Below, piece after piece: positions 12,266-25,540 of a stretch of DNA of 64,000 nucleotides (position 1 is its first letter; every line of letters starts with the position of its first letter). The notes beneath the pieces were generated by a model. That model saw nothing but the letters and a program-made list of their open reading frames with translations, was not told the origin of the DNA and made no database searches. A program made the translations under genes and the position numbers. Origin of the DNA: Phoronis australis (lineage: Eukaryota; Animalia; Phoronida); NCBI GenBank assembly GCA_002633005.1, contig NMRA01000648.1:102406-166405 (forward strand), read 5' to 3'.

Positions 12266-14720
12266 GTTGAAGCCCGCAAAACCGGAATGCAGTCACAGAG
12301 TTTGTGCGTTTGTTTGATAATGTTGCTATTTATTTCCTTTTGGAAAATTTCCGAGCTTTGTTTATCCACCGGTGTATTCAATCACATAAATGCAACTTGC
12401 AGGAACAGGAGTGGAACCTTTTGTGAACTATAGGCCTGTACACATCACTGGTCAGCCTTAATTTTCATTTTCAATATAGTATTGTTTATAGTTGCCAGTT
12501 TGTGTTCAAGAGCACAAACATATACAACTAACATCCTATTGAAACTACGAGGAAACAAAACACAATGGAACAACCTAGGCAATTCTTTGAAGTAAACTCA
12601 GCAAGCGGCTGAACAGAACAATTCACTTTTGTCACGTTTTCAAAGGAAATGCTTCCCCAAACAACAATTGCACAAACCGATAATACACAACCCTGAAAGA
12701 CTATTTTCTTAGGATCGTGTAGGCCTATTTTGTGTTTGCATTGTTCCGTTTGCAATTTATGGAAAACGATATCACATATTTTATGCCGGATTATGCGGCT
12801 GGTCGTGTTTTGAGTGAACATAAAATCGGTGGAATGTTTAGAAGTAGTCTATGACTGCTATTCTCTTTTCTGGAAATTCCTTCAGATCCTCGTTTTATTT
12901 TGTGGGTATAGTAGATTGTCAAGGTATGTACCAGGTCCGTACAAAAGGAAATGAAAATTCATTTTATCTTGATTATTAGACACTTTACTTCTAGGTTTTT
13001 TGACACGAGACAGGATAATTACTTCACTCTGCCTGATGCTATAAGTTAAAGATGAGTTATAACTTTGAAAGTCTGGCCTGTCATTATTCTTCGGGGTAAG
13101 GATGTTTGAGAAACACAAACAATCCGAAAATCGGTTAACTGGTTTCAAAGAAATAGGCAACTAACGTCTAGTTGCAACGGCTCGCTATAAAAATAACAGA
13201 GTGGATTTGCAAACTGATTTTTCTGCTGAAAGTTTTTGTCGTTTTCTTGTTGTAAGTATGTAACATGGAACAAACGTTTTTCTTTGGAAGTAAGCTAACT
13301 TGATAAGGAATGAAATTATGTTACTTTTGGTGCGGAATAGCTGTAATGACAATGTTGTGTCGTGTCAAAGCTGTTGTTTCATGCAAATCAATCTTGCAAA
13401 AGCCCTTGAATTGTTTCAAACGCAATGCCGATTTGGGATCTAATCTCTGTACTCGATTTTTGATTAAAAGTTTACCAATTGCGTGGCACACCTCCAGGAA
13501 GTGGACAAAAATTTATGCTCGAATAATGTGGCATGAATGGTTAAGTTTCGAGTATGACTTTGGGTTAAAAGTTTAGACCCTGGGCTCAGCCCTTTGATTA
13601 TTAGTCGATTTTTCTCTACAGTTTAAAAGCAATACTCAAACTCTAATGACTCAAGGTGTGCAATAAATGTGTGGAGTGACCTTAATTAAAACACACACCT
13701 AGTTCGATGGCCGATGTCTGTCCAGGGACATTTGGTGACATGAGTGCAACCTAGTGTAGTCCAGCCAATCGCATGCAGATCAAGTTAAACAACAGATTTG
13801 AAAAATTTACCCCATATACGGCCCCCTCATACAACTATTTACCCTCTAGTAGTTTCATGACATTTTAAAGTAGTTGTCACCAGAGGGGGTACTTCCGCTG
13901 GGTTTTTAGTTTTCTGGATAAGAAAATAACTTCCGCTGTTATGTGTTCGTTGATTTTTATCTAAAATGAATAATATACTCTTCAAACACTCCTTCCACCC
14001 AGGAGGCAGGGAAAAAATTAGGAAAACGCGCAAAAATTAAAAGCGAAAAAAGAACAAAAAACTAACATGGCTGCAGGTCCTCCAAATTGGCTCATAGACT
14101 TGAGGCCGTGTGAGTGAATAAACCCACACCTGCGTTTTTCAATGATTCCAGCGGAGGCCATTCATTTCACCTGGTACTTCCCAGGTAACGAGAAACAGCA
14201 ATATTAATACAAACAGCAGAGCAACCAGTTTTAAACTTAATCCTAATATTTGTCAAGAATTATACATTCAAACAACGCCATTTTTTTATTAGGATAACGT
14301 GATTTCAAGCAACCTGTGCAATATGAATGCGATGAGTTATTGTAGGTGTGAAATATGTAAACGTAAATCTTTATTATTTTGTACTTATTCGAAAAATGAA
14401 AATCTGTTTGTAGCTGCATATACATGCAAGAGCAGTAAATGTGTGTTTCTCACAAACCACCGTTGTCACGCGCTTACCGTCGTTTGAATTGTAATTGGTT
14501 AGAATAATAGCCTGTACTGAATTCTCTGACAATCATACTGTTATTGTAATTACAACTAACACGACTGGTACGGCGCAATAACAATTAATCAGTTCTTCCC
14601 AATCCTAGAAATCCTTTCTAATCTGAATTAGTAACAGAGTGGCTTGGATCAATTTGATTTTTTGATAGAACTTCGGCTGTGTTGCCTTCATTGACCCTTT
14701 TAACTTTTACCAAAATAAAC

Positions 14721-15314
14721 TATGAAGGGATAAAGGGTTCGTACACGAGTACCTTTCTGCCCGTATAAAGTGCCTTATTCAACGCGCAAATACACTCTAC
14801 GTAGAATAAGGACGCCACGCTACGAATACCCATATTGGTGGGCGTACTCCTGTAATCTGCGCATCGATATAAGAACGCGTGGTGTAACATCCTTATCTTA
14901 CATTTGTGTGCTTTAACTGCCTCTCGCCCAATAACGCTAGGACCTCAATAAAAAGCAAGCAAAACTTCGCGAGATAACGTGAGACACTGCCGTGTATTTT
15001 TGATGAGAACACGTGACTGACTAGATTTTAGTTATATCTAGGTCCTAGCGTAGGTCCTAGCGTAGGTCCTGGCGTAGGTCCTAGCGTTACTGAACGCACG
15101 CCAGCCTCCCGTTCAGTAACGCTAGGACCTCGCTAAAAAGCAAGACGTCGCGAAATTACGTGAGATATTGCCGTGTATTTCAAAGGAAAACACGTGACTT
15201 TGGCTAAGTTTTAGCTAGGTACTAGCGTTACTGAGCGCACGCCAGGCTTACTCTACGTGCGAAATAAGGACAACGCAGAGAGGTACTCGTTTAACAACCC
15301 TTTGGTACTTCATA
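14721..15314. mobile_element. TIR element hosting two tandem MITE copies
   Basis: tatgaagggataaagggttcgtacacgagtacctttctgc (14721-14760) is an imperfect inverted repeat of gcagagaggtactcgtttaacaaccctttggtacttcata (15275-15314). Both ends are TA. Confidence 0.65.
14919..15247 (+). mobile_element. ~150-bp MITE family, copies 2 and 3 head-to-tail
   Basis: Two consecutive cores. Copy 2 has four tandem 12-bp TAGGTCCTAGCG units at 15039-15086; copy 3 has one. Confidence 0.85.
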
Positions 15315-15915
15315 ACACCAAGACGAAAATCATACAACACAACGTTATTCAAACTAGATGGTCTATAAAACGATGAATTTTGAAAACACCATTTACGTCC
15401 TTACACCTTGTTTACGCATACTCGTTTACTCATAAATCAGGCATGACAACGTTTTTTAAGTGTCAGTGTTATTGAAGACCTTACCCACACAACATCTCAG
15501 TAAATACGTTACTTGACTCCTCTGAAACCCCATTAAGGTAATAGATGTCATTATAATGTTTTGGTGTTGAAAGCAAGTTTCTGGACTTACATGTATATCC
15601 CACAAAATTGAGGGAAGTTTATTTTGTTGTAGCAACCTGTGAACGGAGAACGCAAATTTCTTAAAAAGCTCTTCTGGCCGCGACAATTTAAAATCCGAAT
15701 ACTTATTTCTGTGTCGATTGTCCGTGTTATCAACAACGTGCAATTTTTTAGACGAGGTGGACTGCGTGAGGTTAACGTGCCCTCACATCCCACAAGCAAA
15801 GTGTGACAGGCGTCTTTAACTTGGGATCCACCGTAGGAAGTTCCAGATGAGTCTATGAGGTTCGGACCACTCCTCTCACTTCTACATTGTCTCGTGTCGT
15901 GCCCCCCTGGACAGA

Positions 15916-15995
15916 ATTTATTTATTTAAACTTCTTTAAAAGACTGGGCGACCACTTCAGTGAATACACTGATTTTCAAGTTGGACCAGTCGGAA
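15916..15995 (-). mobile_element. 3' tail fragment of an L2/CR1-group LINE or derived SINE
   Basis: Minus strand reads gactgg...cttgaaaatcagtg-tatt-cactgaag...ccagtc (stem-loop) followed by a (TAAA)n tail. Confidence 0.5.
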
Positions 15996-16768
15996 ATAAT
16001 TACATAAAGTAAAAGACACTGAGCTATGAACAATTAGACTGAAAAGATTAATAGATAAAATAAATTACTTATAAAAATTAGTTAATATGTACAAATCGAT
16101 GAATAAATAAGATAAAATAGAGTGATGAGCTGAGGCCTACAGTCCCAAACCGCTCAGAAAGTCCATGATTTACGCGTCCCGGAAGTTCCCTTTCCGTCTT
16201 TATCCCTGTGCGGAAGATTTTCCATTTTTGTAGTCCCAGAGACAAAAAGAATAAATTAGTGATGAAATTAATTACTTAACTGTATTTTACAGCTTTTTCA
16301 ATTTAGCGCAGGTCTATTTAAACTAGTCATTTTTATGATGGGAGAGATAATAACATTGAAAAACACTTTCATTGCTACATAAGATTCTTATCTACTGATA
16401 AAGGCGAGCGGACCGTAGCCACAGGCGTAGACGGAGTCCAATGTTTGTTCACATAGTCACTAGGAGAGTGTCTTTAAATTTAATCAACGAATAATGAAAA
16501 AATTAATCAGCTGTTGGAACTGAAATACGTTATTATGTTAATTTATAATATTTAGTTGCAAATGCCGCATGGCGTACTCAAACTTTCCACAAGCTACAAC
16601 GATGAATATCATCCCGCGACGAGCCGAGTCATGTCATGATCGTTTAAATTAGAAGCGAGTACAAACCTACCCCAATTCCTGCAAAAAAATTGAATTTAGC
16701 CTTTTATAAAACTGGTGCCATTTTGATTTCTGGACATGGAAGTGTTGGCAATTCAGTTTTACTTGAAA

Positions 16769-16911
16769 CCAGACGTGCGTGAAGTAACGCTGGGACCTGC
16801 GCTAGGACCTAGATAAAATTTAGCCAAAGTCACGTGCTTTCACTTAAAATACACGGAAATATCTCACGTAATCTTGCAAAGTCTCGCTTTTTAGCGAGGT
16901 TCTAACGTTAC
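16769..16911 (-). mobile_element. ~150-bp MITE family, copy 4 (reverse)
   Basis: gtaacgctgggacctgcgctaggacct...tagccaaagtcacgtg...aaatacacggaaatatctcacgtaatct is the reverse complement of the family core. Confidence 0.85.
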
Positions 16912-17827
16912 AGGCTCAATAAGTTTGCTTTCACGGCGGTTCATTTTACGCGCCACTGGAAAAGCGTGATCCGAGCAATGACCGGCTGCTTGTTCTTTTC
17001 ACGCGCTGAATCGCTTCTTATTTGAGTATGGAACAAGTTGCGACCAGTTATTAGTGGGTTGTCAAAATCAATTGTCAGTTGTTGTTTTTTTTTTTGACGT
17101 AAAGAGGGTTTGCCTATCTTATAACGAAACGTTCTTGACAGTTCTTTTAAATCAAATAGGAGTACGAAATGCAGTTTTTCTGGTGATTTCAAATTCCAAT
17201 TTTTGTTATCTTCAGCGTTCTTGCTTTCATTGTTATTCTGACGTATAATACTGCAACTGAAGATATCGTCATAGATATCATAATTTGCATTGAAGTTATC
17301 GTATACATAATAACTATGCTTTGATGATATACCTTGTAAAATAGCACGTGCAAAATTATAAAGCAAATCTCACTTTAGCCGCTCCTCTGAGTGCGTCAAT
17401 GGAAACCCTTCTGGAGCCGACAACTGATGACCGTTTGCGCCCATCTTTTTGGTAGTGTTTCCGCATACGCTCCGATTCTTCATCGTCAATATCTCTCACA
17501 GAACTTTTTCTCCTTCGAAACATTACCGCGATTACTCCGGTGGTGTTACAAAACTGGTAGACACCTCAACAAATTCCATTACTGACCACAAGTTATGAGG
17601 TTATTCTCCTTTTACTATGACATTTACGACGTCACGTCAACAGACGTCTCTGATTGGTCGATTTCTTGTAAAATTATTATGGAAATAACTTTGTGACAAA
17701 CACTTGAACGAGGAATCTACACATATGTGTTTATGGGTCTACAACCGTGATAAAACTCATGATAAGAAATAGCCTAACAACAGAGGGCGTGCTTCTACGG
17801 ACGTGCTACTTTTGAAATTGATCGAGT

Positions 17828-18750
17828 CATCACCACCATCATCACCATCACCAGTATTACCATCACCATCACCATCATCATCATCATCATCACCATCATC
17901 ACCAGTATTACCATCACCATCACCATCACCATCATCATCATCATCACCATCATCACCATCACCAGTATTACCATCACCAGTATTACTATCACTATCACCA
18001 TCACCATCACCATCACCATCATCATCACCATCATCATCATCATCACCATCANNNNNNNNNNNNNNNNNNNNNNNNNNNNNNNNNNNNNNNNNNNNNNNNN
18101 NNNNNNNNNNNNNNNNNNNNNNNNNNNNNNNNNNNNNNNNNNNNNNNNNNNNNNNNNNNNNNNNNNNNNNNNNNNNNNNNNNNNNNNNNNNNNNNNNNNN
18201 NNNNNNNNNNNNNNNNNNNNNNNNNNNNNNNNNNNNNNNNNNNNNNNNNNNNNNNNNNNNNNNNNNNNNNNNNNNNNNNNNNNNNNNNNNNNNNNNNNNN
18301 NNNNNNNNNNNNNNNNNNNNNNNNNNNNNNNNNNNNNNNNNNNNNNNNNNNNNNNNNNNNNNNNNNNNNNNNNNNNNNNNNNNNNNNNNNNNNNNNNNNN
18401 NNNNNNNNNNNNNNNNNNNNNCATCATCATCATCATCATCATCATCACCATCACCAGTATTACTATCACTATCACCATCATCATCATCATCATCAACATC
18501 ATCATCATCACCATCGTCTTTTTCTTCATCATCACCACTATCATCGTCACCATCATCATCATCATCGTCATCATCATCATCATCGTCATCATCATCATCA
18601 TCGTCATCATGATCATCGTCATCATCATCATCATAGCCATACTCATCATCATCATCATCAGGACCAACATCGCCGCTGTCTCAGTCATTATGCATAATCA
18701 TCACCAACACCATCACTATCACCATCACTATCACCCTCATCATCATCATC
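17828..18750. repeat. Compound (CAT/CAC)n trinucleotide microsatellite, interrupted by an N gap at 18052-18421
   Basis: Directly visible, with recurring CCAGTATTAC interruptions. The poly-Met and poly-Ser ORFs are by-products. Confidence 0.98.
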
Positions 18751-20078
18751 TTGTCCAAAGTAACTCGAAACATGAATTTCAATAAAAAATACGCATATAA
18801 ATAAAATGGCAGGGAGATAATAGATGTATTATCTGCAATCTGTTTTGTTGTTTCAACCCATTTACTTAGTTTCAAAAACTTGGTTTTACCTAAGCGGCGC
18901 TTCATGACAGCACTGGCTGCCACTCCCCTGTCTGATGACCTGTGTAAACGTCATTAGTCGAGGTCATTCTTTGTTGGGTGGACAGTACGTGTTTCTTGGG
19001 TAAGAAATATGGGGATTTGATTCAAGAAATAACATAATTTAGAAACTCAAGATGGTTTATTGTCAGGTTGTCACAGCTAAGGTGAAAGGGGCATTCTTCG
19101 AATTAATTGTCTATGAAGCCTGTTTGTTCAGTGTTACGTAGCATATTTCACGGCTCACCAACATTAATTGGTCTGCAACACAGTCGGCATTAAAAGCCTA
19201 CCTGTTTCAATAAGTAACATTTGACTGGGTTTTCTGGTTGTCTTCTAATCTCTCCCGTGTTCATTATTTCGGATGGTGAGTTTCAAAATGAGAAAACGTG
19301 AGTCATGAGAAACCGTGAATCAGAAACAAGACATTACGTGGAAGTTAGTGGTATAACTGAAACGGCCAAGACCCTATATCACTGCATAGTTTTCTGTTTT
19401 TATCTGAAGTCGTGTTTAAAGACCGCAAAATAATCGATGGTAAACACTTCACACCCCCACGGTTCAATCCAAATCTAACGCATCGAGAGTTAATGCCATT
19501 GAAACCCCACAAGTGTTATCTTTAAGCATTTTGTTCTTTCCATGGTCAAAAGTGTCACTGCCTCAACTGGCCTCAGTAGAGAAGGTGGACATCCCATATA
19601 CGGAAGCTTTTCGTTAAATTATGCCTCACACTGGTTAAACGTCACATACCCTGGCGCGAGCAGTGTAAAATGGCCAGTTGCCGATTGGGCAACGGAACGA
19701 AGGACTGCTTGTAAGAAGTTTGATTGGAGGAGTATTTATTCGATTTGGGAAGAGTTAAGAGACATCAAAAGTGTTCCTCTATGCGCAAAAGGTACTTATA
19801 TCAACATGTTTAATCAATACGGAGCATGATTTAGAGAAAAGCTTATTGCGTACGGAGGGCCTATATGATGGCCATCGTCTCTACTGGGGTCAATTAATTG
19901 TTAGTGTCCAGAAAGCGTGTACCAGTCAGTGCCAAAAGAACGGGAATAAGTCCCTAGATGGTCCAGGAGCAAATTCATAGAAGAGTCCAGACAGTCCGAC
20001 CTCTCCCTTTACATTTGGCCTACTGTTTTGGTAACCCCAATGTTTATCCACTGTCCCCCCATGAAGACAAAATCTGGA

Positions 20079-20230
20079 TCCCGTTCAGTAACGCTAGGGC
20101 ATTGCTAAAAAGCAAGACTTTGCGAGATTACGTGAGATATTGCCGTGTATATTAAATGAGAACACGTGACATTGGCTAGAATTTAGCTAGGTGGTAGCGT
20201 AGGACCTAGCGTTACTGAACGCACGCCTGG
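20079..20230 (+). mobile_element. ~150-bp MITE family, copy 5
   Basis: tcccgttcagtaacgctagg ... cctagcgttactgaacgcacgcctgg with the family core. Confidence 0.88.
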
Positions 20231-20338
20231 ATGTGCTACTGCCTTGCGGGGCCATTGCGTCTAAACATAACGTCATTGTTTGGTAAAGGTGTCAATGGTC
20301 ATGCAGGCAGTCAAGTGCGACTGGAGGGGTTCCCCACA

Positions 20339-20489
20339 CCGGGCGTGCGTTCAGTAACGCTAGGACCTACGCTAGGACCTAGAAATCTAGACAGAGTTAC
20401 GTGTTTCTATTGAAAATATACGGCAATATCTCACGTAATCTCGCGAAGTCTTGGTTTTTAGCGAGATCCTAGCATTACTGAACGGGAGA
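20339..20489 (-). mobile_element. ~150-bp MITE family, copy 6 (inverted relative to copy 5)
   Basis: ccgggcgtgcgttcagtaacgctaggacctacgctaggacct ... cctagcattactgaacggga. Confidence 0.88.
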
Positions 20490-21249
20490 GTCTGACAAAC
20501 AGATAGAGTCCTGCATTAATGAGTAATCAATTTTGCTGCTGTGTAGACCACGGTTGGTGGCAATGTCGATGACTCCGTGATGGCGAAAATTGCGATCACC
20601 GGTGTGATTATTTGGTGGCAACCGGGGGCCAGGAGGGCGCGTGCATCTAGCAAGGACAGGGATGTCGTCGTTTTCGTCCGCTTTGGGTGACTATAATCCT
20701 AAGTAACAATGTCACTGTTTTTCCCATATAAAAGTAAACTTAGGCGAAATTCCAATAATTGCTTTAATAGTTTTGTAATTTCTTCATGTCCTAAACTGCC
20801 CTTTGCGAGGTTTTTTATACTGTTTTCTTCAGGATCATTTACTCGTATTCGCTTCTTGAGAAAAATCATCTACGCGGTAAGAGCTTTTTAGAGTAAAGGT
20901 CATAGTTCAATGATTTTACCAAGCAAGACAAATATACCTGATCTGTAACATGTAACTGATGATTAAACTTTCAACGAACAATAAAAATTGTACCATGTAA
21001 ACGCCCTTCCACGATTAATCAAAACTCACGGTGTGCTCAAACGCCCGTTTCAGTCAAGACAATGATCGCGAAAATATAGGTCAACATAGTGGGATACTTG
21101 TAAATAGAATTAAATCTGGTCTGTTGGCAATGCGCACAAAATTAAATCCCTAGAACCTCGGAGACACCACGCATTCTTCAAAGGGAAGATGATACTGTAG
21201 ATTGGTAGGAACCGCCGTATCTTGCCTTCTCAGGAGATCTTGCCTGGTT

Positions 21250-21545
21250 ATCAACCTCACGTATACTCTCGTCCCAAGGAGACGACACTTCGAAGCGAGC
21301 ACCACCTTGCTTGTTCAAGGAGGGATTTAGTGATTAATAAACAGTTCTTCTCCCTGTGCAGGATCTTGACATTGTCATTCTTAAATTCGTGACCTGTGTC
21401 CTGGAGGTGGTTAAACACAGCAGACGACACGGACCTCACCAATAGCCCTTCTATATGTTGGTACATGCGTTTTTCACGGTTGTTCTGTTTGCACAACATA
21501 CATCAAAGTCATGATCCGGTCGTTCCCGATATAACAACACTTCTT
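21250..21545 (-). mobile_element. Penelope-like retroelement fragment (GIY-YIG endonuclease C-terminal part), frameshifted
   Basis: Across frames: MYVVQTEQP / KRMYQH...SAVFNHLQDTGHEFKNDNVKILHRE / NPSLNKQGGARFEVSSPWD. This matches the PLE pattern YIGET-QPL-KRxxQH, SAVxxHLxxxGH, ILxRE, PSLNRxGG. Confidence 0.8.
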
Positions 21546-22576
21546 ATAATGTCGATAAGTTAGATATGTATATTCAAGCATATAATATTGAAGGAAAATC
21601 GTCACACGTACAATATGCCGTAAGTATACAATTTGTTCTTGAATGAAGGTTAATAAAATGTCCAATAATTTGGCGGTGGGACTGAAACAGAAATGGTCAT
21701 TGAAATTGGGTATGAACATTTCTGTGTGACTCGTCTTTCTTTTCACAGCAAAAAAGGATTCAGTTTCGTTTAAAAGCATGATAAAATAGATTTGAAGTGA
21801 TCATTATAACCATGACGAATTGAGAAAATTGACGTGTATGGAGGCTTGTGCTACAGCAGTTAGGGTGGGAAAAAGTTTCGTACTCAAAAATGAAGTTGTT
21901 GTAGACTGAGTTTGAAATATCATGGATTTTATACGGGCTGCTTCTTAAAAATTCTTTTTACGAATCGGCTGAAATGTTCAAATCAGTCGTCCTACCTCAC
22001 GGTGACTTCTGTGCTATTTTTACTCACTCATGTTATTCTGCCATTACGAAGTCACGTGTTCTATTGTTTTGTGATTCTGGCGTAAATTCACAGATTACCA
22101 CAATTTTAAGTAATAGTGATGAGGACTCGCCGTATTGATAATTGCTCAACGATCATTATTAGAGCCCCTGCTGCGTCATCTGCTAGTTCATGTTTTGCTC
22201 GCGTAATACTCGACTAAGCTTCGAGTACAGACGTTAAAATTGATACTTCCCACCGTAGAGCGGGGATTCGAAAAAGGAGCTTCCGTGAAAGTCACCCTTC
22301 CTTAGGCTTTTGTTTCAGAAACACTACACTTTTGGTCTTTTATAGTTTTATGAGCATAAGCCTTCCTTAGGAATACTTGGACAGACGAAATTTATACCAT
22401 TTTTTAAAAGTCTGAAACAGTGAACGGACGCGACGTTGCCAGTACAAGTACAACGTCTGCAACCAAAGTTTTAAAAATAAAGATAATAGCAAACATTCAT
22501 TTCTCCCTGTGTAGCTGGCTACAAACAAAGATCAAATTAGAGCATTAATCTCTTAAATCACCAGTATAATAATGGC

Positions 22577-22661
22577 TTCCATTTCCGTTACCAACAAGAA
22601 CACAGAAACCATCAGGGACTCAAGAAAATGCTCGTGACTCAAGTTGGTAACGGAAGTGGAA
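22577..22661. repeat. Short inverted repeat / hairpin with 19-bp arms
   Basis: ttccatttccgttaccaac ... gttggtaacggaagtggaa, 18/19 complementary, 47-nt spacer. Confidence 0.8.
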
Positions 22662-24715
22662 TCCTTTCACGTTAAGGAACATTACGAGATCAGTTTGAAA
22701 GAGTAAAGGTTCTAATTCAATGTTCGCCGCCAGATAAACAGGGCAAAATAACCTTTAAACAGTTAAAACCTTTCTTTTAGTTTGTGAAGTTGGAAACTTG
22801 AACCTTTTGTGTAGTTGTAAACCTTCAAAGTGACCACTTATGTAGAGTCGCGGGAAAAGGCACCCGTTCGTAGGGATTTTTTTCCGAAACGGAGCTCTTC
22901 TGCTCGTGAAAAATCACCCTTCTGAGCTGTACGTCCCGTATTCCCCTCCTAATTGAGGACTTTCGTAATGTTTTGGGAATGTAACTTAATGTTTTAGGTC
23001 TTTGATACTTGGCGTTCCTGTTTACACACTGTTAACAAGCCATGGACAGAATTAGTCAACTGACGTCAATCGGTCAACGGCCGCGAACTCGACTTCGCCT
23101 TAGTGCTAAGTGGGACTTAAACTGCCTCCATCGAGATAAATGACCGTCTAATTGAACAATAATTGAGAGCCATTTTCACTAACAACCTTTCAGAAATGCC
23201 CTCCTCGGACTCAACTGGAAGAACGTTGAGTTTAACCGGAGCAAATGAAAGCACAATCCCCGGCCAACACGAGTTTCCGGTTGCTATCAATCTCATCTCT
23301 CTTCGCCACAGATTTCACTTCCGGTTGACCCCCATGCCCGACGACACCAGAATTGTGTTTTGTAGACCACGTACCTAGCGAGAAAAATGAAATCGTGCAG
23401 AACCACACAAAATCACGCGATTGAAAGGAATGTTTGCGACTATGCTAGATACCTAACTATCGTATTGTAGGCAAATGGCGGCCACTGCAGTGGTTGGTCT
23501 GTGAGGCTTGACTGTGGAATTAGTCGGATGGAATTTAATCTCATGGAGGGAGCCTCCAACTTAATAATGGAGTCAATTGCCTCTCTCAACCTGGTTTTGT
23601 GAAATCGTGCAACCTCTTACATTGAGCCAAATTATGAAATTAGGTATCACAAATTTTCAGTTTTACTGATATAACTTCTATATTGAAAAGCCACTTTTTA
23701 GTTGGAGTCTTCTCTTGGAGGAGCGACCTGGGGGAGATTGGCTTTTGTTGTCCCCTACCCCTTATAAATCTGCAACTGTCAACTATTCACAACAGGAGAT
23801 ATACAAATTTCAAATTCATTTGGTAAACAACAAAAACATGTTCATGTGTTTCACAAAAGTATGAAGATATGCAGCCCAACGCTTCAAGTTCGTTGGGCTA
23901 TATTCGAAAATGGCGCGTGAACGCATTACCTGTGACTTGAGTTACCGATTCATTCCACAACCATTCAAACTCCAATGGATGTGGGATTGTTTTCAAACTA
24001 AAAAGAACGATCTGTTGAAGAATTAATTATTAACACTTAAACAGCCGAGAGATGCCCCTTCAAAAACTATACAACAGAATTGCAAGAATGTAAGAGTAGG
24101 ACGCCTGAGGACTAATGATGGCCAACAATACCTGACACTGATATCATGCCAAAATTATCGATATTTATGCCAAAAGAACCACAAAAATATAATTTATTTT
24201 ATAGATGGTTTTGAGGAAAGTATTATTTATGATACTTGGAAACATTACTCTGGGTGTGCTGATTAGAATGTCAGACGTGATTTTTAGGATTGTTTGTAAG
24301 TTTTACCGATGGATTTCAGTTATGATTCTCGAAGTATTGGTACTCATAAGCTAACAGTCCTGGAAAATGATTTGAAATTTCGTAATGCAAGTTGAAATCC
24401 TACAAAATCACAATTCATTGCGTCGTAGCAGCAAATCTACCCAAACGGCAAAGTCAATATTTGCGCGGATGCTGAGCCTATTGATTGCGTCATATGTATT
24501 TAGCCATATATTTGCACACTTAGGTTGATATGTCCGTATGTGAATCTAAGTGCTTGGGCCAACATGCAATCAATTTAAGGACCAAACGTTGATGTGACTA
24601 TGACATTTATTAAGTAATTCTAATCAGCAAAGGATCTATAATAGACAAACAAAAATACAAACACCAAATTTAGGACACACCTAAGCTATTCATAAAACAC
24701 CGTACTGCGCGTACA

Positions 24716-24788
24716 TTTTTTCCCGCCCTTTTTCCTTTTCCTGCCTTTTTTCCTTTTCCCCGCCCTTTTACTGTTTTCCGACCCTTTC
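24716..24788. repeat. Pyrimidine-rich degenerate minisatellite (~18-bp unit ttttcccgccctttttcc)
   Basis: About four imperfect units are visible. Confidence 0.75.
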
Positions 24789-25378
24789 TACATCTTACAT
24801 TTCTATGGAGAATTAGACACTGTTACTAATTTTTTAACTACAAATTCTAAGTGATACATTGTATAGCAATGTTCTTAAATATGGACTCGTAAAATTCCAT
24901 GACAAGGTGTTAACATGCAGTGCAACAAAACATTTAATTTGGTGAGATATCCTGAAAGGTGTGCTACGCATAATATTGGTATATGCGCAGTGTACAGGTA
25001 GTCGTTGAATTTGAAATAAATTGTAGCTGTAAGAAGTATCTGCTAATTACACACGGCAGTTTCACTAATCGTATTTGAAAACATGAATTTCAAATGCCAT
25101 TTAATCCTTTGTTTGTTTGAATTTATAAACGATACATATGATAAGTACAATTAAAATAGCCGATTTCTGATACATACTTTGATTAATACTAGTTGATAGC
25201 ATGCACTCTCAGCACAATTGTACAAACTTGGTTGAAGGCCCGATGAGATCAAATTACACACCACTAAGGTTTTAGCAGGTAACTTAATGACTAATTTGTA
25301 CACATTCATCCGTAATTTCTGTATTTGTTATTTCCATATCTTTGATAAGTGGTCTCCAATACCAATTCGAAGATCAAG

Positions 25379-25540
25379 TAAGTATGTTACAGCCCTGCAA
25401 AGTGCCATGTCTCTATAAACCGTTGTTTTGGTTCATGTTTTGGGATGGGACACTTATTCTAAGTATGTTACAGCCCTGCAAAGTGCCATGTCACTAAAAA
25501 CCGTTGTTTTGGTTCATGTTTTGGGATGGGACACTTATTC
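25379..25540. repeat. Direct tandem duplication, 2 x 81 bp, downstream of the GPCR stop codon
   Basis: taagtatgttacagccctgcaaag...gggacacttattc at 25379-25459 and 25460-25540, differing by two substitutions. Confidence 0.95.

Noticed and set aside
17795-18688. Poly-Met and poly-Ser/Pro ORFs
   Set aside because: Translation of a (CAT/CAC)n microsatellite plus a gap; no supporting splice or domain evidence.
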